From Escherichia coli (GTDB lineage: Bacteria; Pseudomonadota; Gammaproteobacteria; Enterobacterales; Enterobacteriaceae), in assembly GCF_048403405.1 (NCBI RefSeq), contig NZ_CP183129.1: a DNA stretch of 64,000 nucleotides, one strand, 5' to 3'. Every line of letters begins with the position of its first letter. Within the stretch, counting starts at the first letter, position 1. Below, in pieces: positions 62,325-64,000 of this stretch. Made by a program: the position numbers and the translations under genes. The notes under the pieces are model-generated. The model worked only from the letters and a program-made list of their open reading frames with translations. It was not told the DNA's origin and did not search any database.

Positions 62325-63692
62325 TTAACGCATCAGCAGATAGATGCTTTCATTGCCGCGTACAATTTGCAGGGCGATGATGGCCGGTTTTGCCGCCAGC
62401 ACTTTACGCATTTCAGCAATCGAGTTCACCCGATCGCGGTTGACGCCAATGATCACATCGTCTTTTTGCAAGCCTGCCTGAGCAGCTGGGCTTCCTTTGA
62501 CAACCTCATCGATCTTAATACCTTTGCCGCCATCTTTTAGCTGACCATCGCTCAACGTTGCACCTTCAAGCGCTGGCGTGATCATTTCAGCGCTGGCCGA
62601 CGAAGAGGTGCTGGTATCGAGCGTCACTTCTACTTCCAGTGGTTTGCCGTTACGCAGCAGGCCAAGCTTCACTTTCGTGCCCGGCTCGGTGGTTGCGATA
62701 CGAGAGCGCAACTCAGCAAAGCTATTCAGCGGTTTGCCGTTGAGGCTGGTAATAATATCGCCCGCTTTGACGCCCGCTTTTGCCGAGCCAGAACCTGGCA
62801 ACACTTCGCTGACAAACGCGCCACGCTGCACGTCAAGGTTGAAGGCTTTGGCGATATCGGCACTCATCTCTGTGCCTTTGATGCCTAACAGACCGCGTTT
62901 GATTTCACCAAAGTCGATAAGCTGCTGCGCCAGTGTTCGCGCCATATTACTGGGGATGGCAAATCCAATCCCGACGCTCCCGCCGCCAGGCGCAAGGATT
63001 GCCGTGTTGATGCCAATTAACTCACCGTTAAGGTTTAACAGTGCACCGCCGGAGTTACCGCGGTTAATGGAAGCATCTGTCTGGATAAAGTTTTCAAGAC
63101 CTTCAAGATTCAACCCACTGCGGCCTAATGCTGACACAATGCCAGAGGTGGCGGTTTGCCCAAGGCCAAATGGGTTACCGACCGCCACGGCAAAATCACC
63201 GACGCGCAATTTATCGGAGTCGGCAATAGCGATTTGCGTTAATTTGCTCGGGTTTTGAATTTGCAACAGGGCGATATCGCTCTGGTCATCGCTACCAATC
63301 AGTTTTGCATCAAACTCGCGCCCATCATTGAGCTGAATACTGATTTTCTGTGCCTGATTAATCACATGGTTGTTAGTCAGCACATAGCCTTTACTGGCGT
63401 TGATGATGACACCGGAGCCTAAACCTTCGAAGGGTTGTGCAGGTTGATCCGGTAAATCATCACCAAAAAACTTTTTGAATTCTTCCGGGATTTTCTGTCC
63501 CTGACTGGCCGTTCCTTCCACCCGTACGCTCACCACTGCCGGAAGCACTTTTTCCAGCATTGGAGCCAGACTGGGGAGAGGGGCCTGATCGGCAACCTGG
63601 CCTGGAATCGACGCAACGGCCTGAAATGACGCCGAGAGAGTTAACCCGACACTTAACGCTAATGCACTCAACAGCTGGGTTTGTTTTTTCAT
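62325..63692 (-). CDS. degQ: Periplasmic serine endoprotease DegQ
   Basis: 455 aa from MKKQTQLLSALALSVG; trypsin-like domain (GNSGGALLN) and two PDZ domains. Confidence 0.95.
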   Translation of the reverse strand: MKKQTQLLSALALSVGLTLSASFQAVASIPGQVADQAPLPSLAPMLEKVLPAVVSVRVEGTASQGQKIPEEFKKFFGDDLPDQPAQPFEGLGSGVIINASKGYVLTNNHVINQAQKISIQLNDGREFDAKLIGSDDQSDIALLQIQNPSKLTQIAIADSDKLRVGDFAVAVGNPFGLGQTATSGIVSALGRSGLNLEGLENFIQTDASINRGNSGGALLNLNGELIGINTAILAPGGGSVGIGFAIPSNMARTLAQQLIDFGEIKRGLLGIKGTEMSADIAKAFNLDVQRGAFVSEVLPGSGSAKAGVKAGDIITSLNGKPLNSFAELRSRIATTEPGTKVKLGLLRNGKPLEVEVTLDTSTSSSASAEMITPALEGATLSDGQLKDGGKGIKIDEVVKGSPAAQAGLQKDDVIIGVNRDRVNSIAEMRKVLAAKPAIIALQIVRGNESIYLLMR

Positions 63693-63845
63693 TATTCCTG
63701 CTCTCGTACCTGAATGATAAGAAAAGAGATTCAAAACAGTTTGATGTTATTGAATTTTCAGACGGCTAACAATGAGACACCAGATTAAATGATAGTCGGG
63801 GAGGGAAAGAAGAGGAGGGCGCAATGGCTGCGCCCGAAAAATAAA

Positions 63846-64000
63846 TTAGTCGCGCTTCGCGCCAGTACGCAGCAGGCCGGACGCGCCTTCAGAATAGTCG
63901 CGAGGCATTTGCACCGGTGCCTGATCGTTGCTGGCTTCAGACTCTGCCAGACGATTACGGAACGGGTTTGCTTCAGCAGACAGTTCCGGCAGCAGGCTGC
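63846..64000 (-). CDS. yhcB: Cell-division associated inner-membrane protein YhcB (ZapG), C-terminal portion only
   Basis: Reverse-strand translation ends ...NDQAPVQMPRDYSEGASGLLRTGAKRD*, which I recognise as the YhcB C-terminus; 5' end lies outside the window. Confidence 0.75.
   Translation of the reverse strand, partial: SLLPELSAEANPFRNRLAESEASNDQAPVQMPRDYSEGASGLLRTGAKRD

Overview
This window is an Escherichia coli K-12-like chromosomal segment, in reverse orientation relative to the K-12 map, running from the 5' end of yrdA through the complete rrnD ribosomal operon to the 3' end of yhcB. Gene order is yrdA, rrnD (16S, tRNA-Ile, tRNA-Ala, 23S, 5S, tRNA-Thr, second 5S), yhdZYXW, yhdV, acrFE, acrS, yhdU, yhdJ, then fis-dusB, prmA, panF-yhdT, accCB, yhdH, csrD, mreBCD, yhdE, rng, yhdP, tldD, aaeR, aaeXAB, yhcO, yhcN, argR, mdh, degS, degQ and yhcB. 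This core synteny is interrupted between yhdJ and fis by a roughly 15.4 kb integrated element (17801-33165), bounded by an 80 bp perfect direct repeat that duplicates the last codons of fis and its terminator. The element has the gene content of a capsid-forming phage-inducible chromosomal island (cf-PICI-like phage satellite): tyrosine integrase, AlpA-like regulator, P4-type primase-helicase, an iteron origin, then HK97-type major capsid, prohead protease, portal, head-tail connector, HNH endonuclease and small and large terminase, with no tail or lysis genes. The most interesting feature is an AT-rich two-gene operon (24492-25807, minus strand) in the accessory slot between the origin and the packaging module. 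Its two proteins have no motifs I can recognise, share a paralogous C-terminal module, and the downstream one ends in a hydrophobic Gly/Ala-rich tail, making it a candidate undescribed anti-phage or abortive-infection system. Other points worth a second look are an AT-rich accessory gene directly after the integrase, a 700 bp structured non-coding region at the right end of the island, a candidate cos site between HNH and terS, and an operator-like half-site array in a divergent promoter region. All identifications rest on reading the sequence and recognising conserved proteins and RNAs; no database search or computation was run, so boundaries of RNA genes and start codons are approximate within a few nucleotides.
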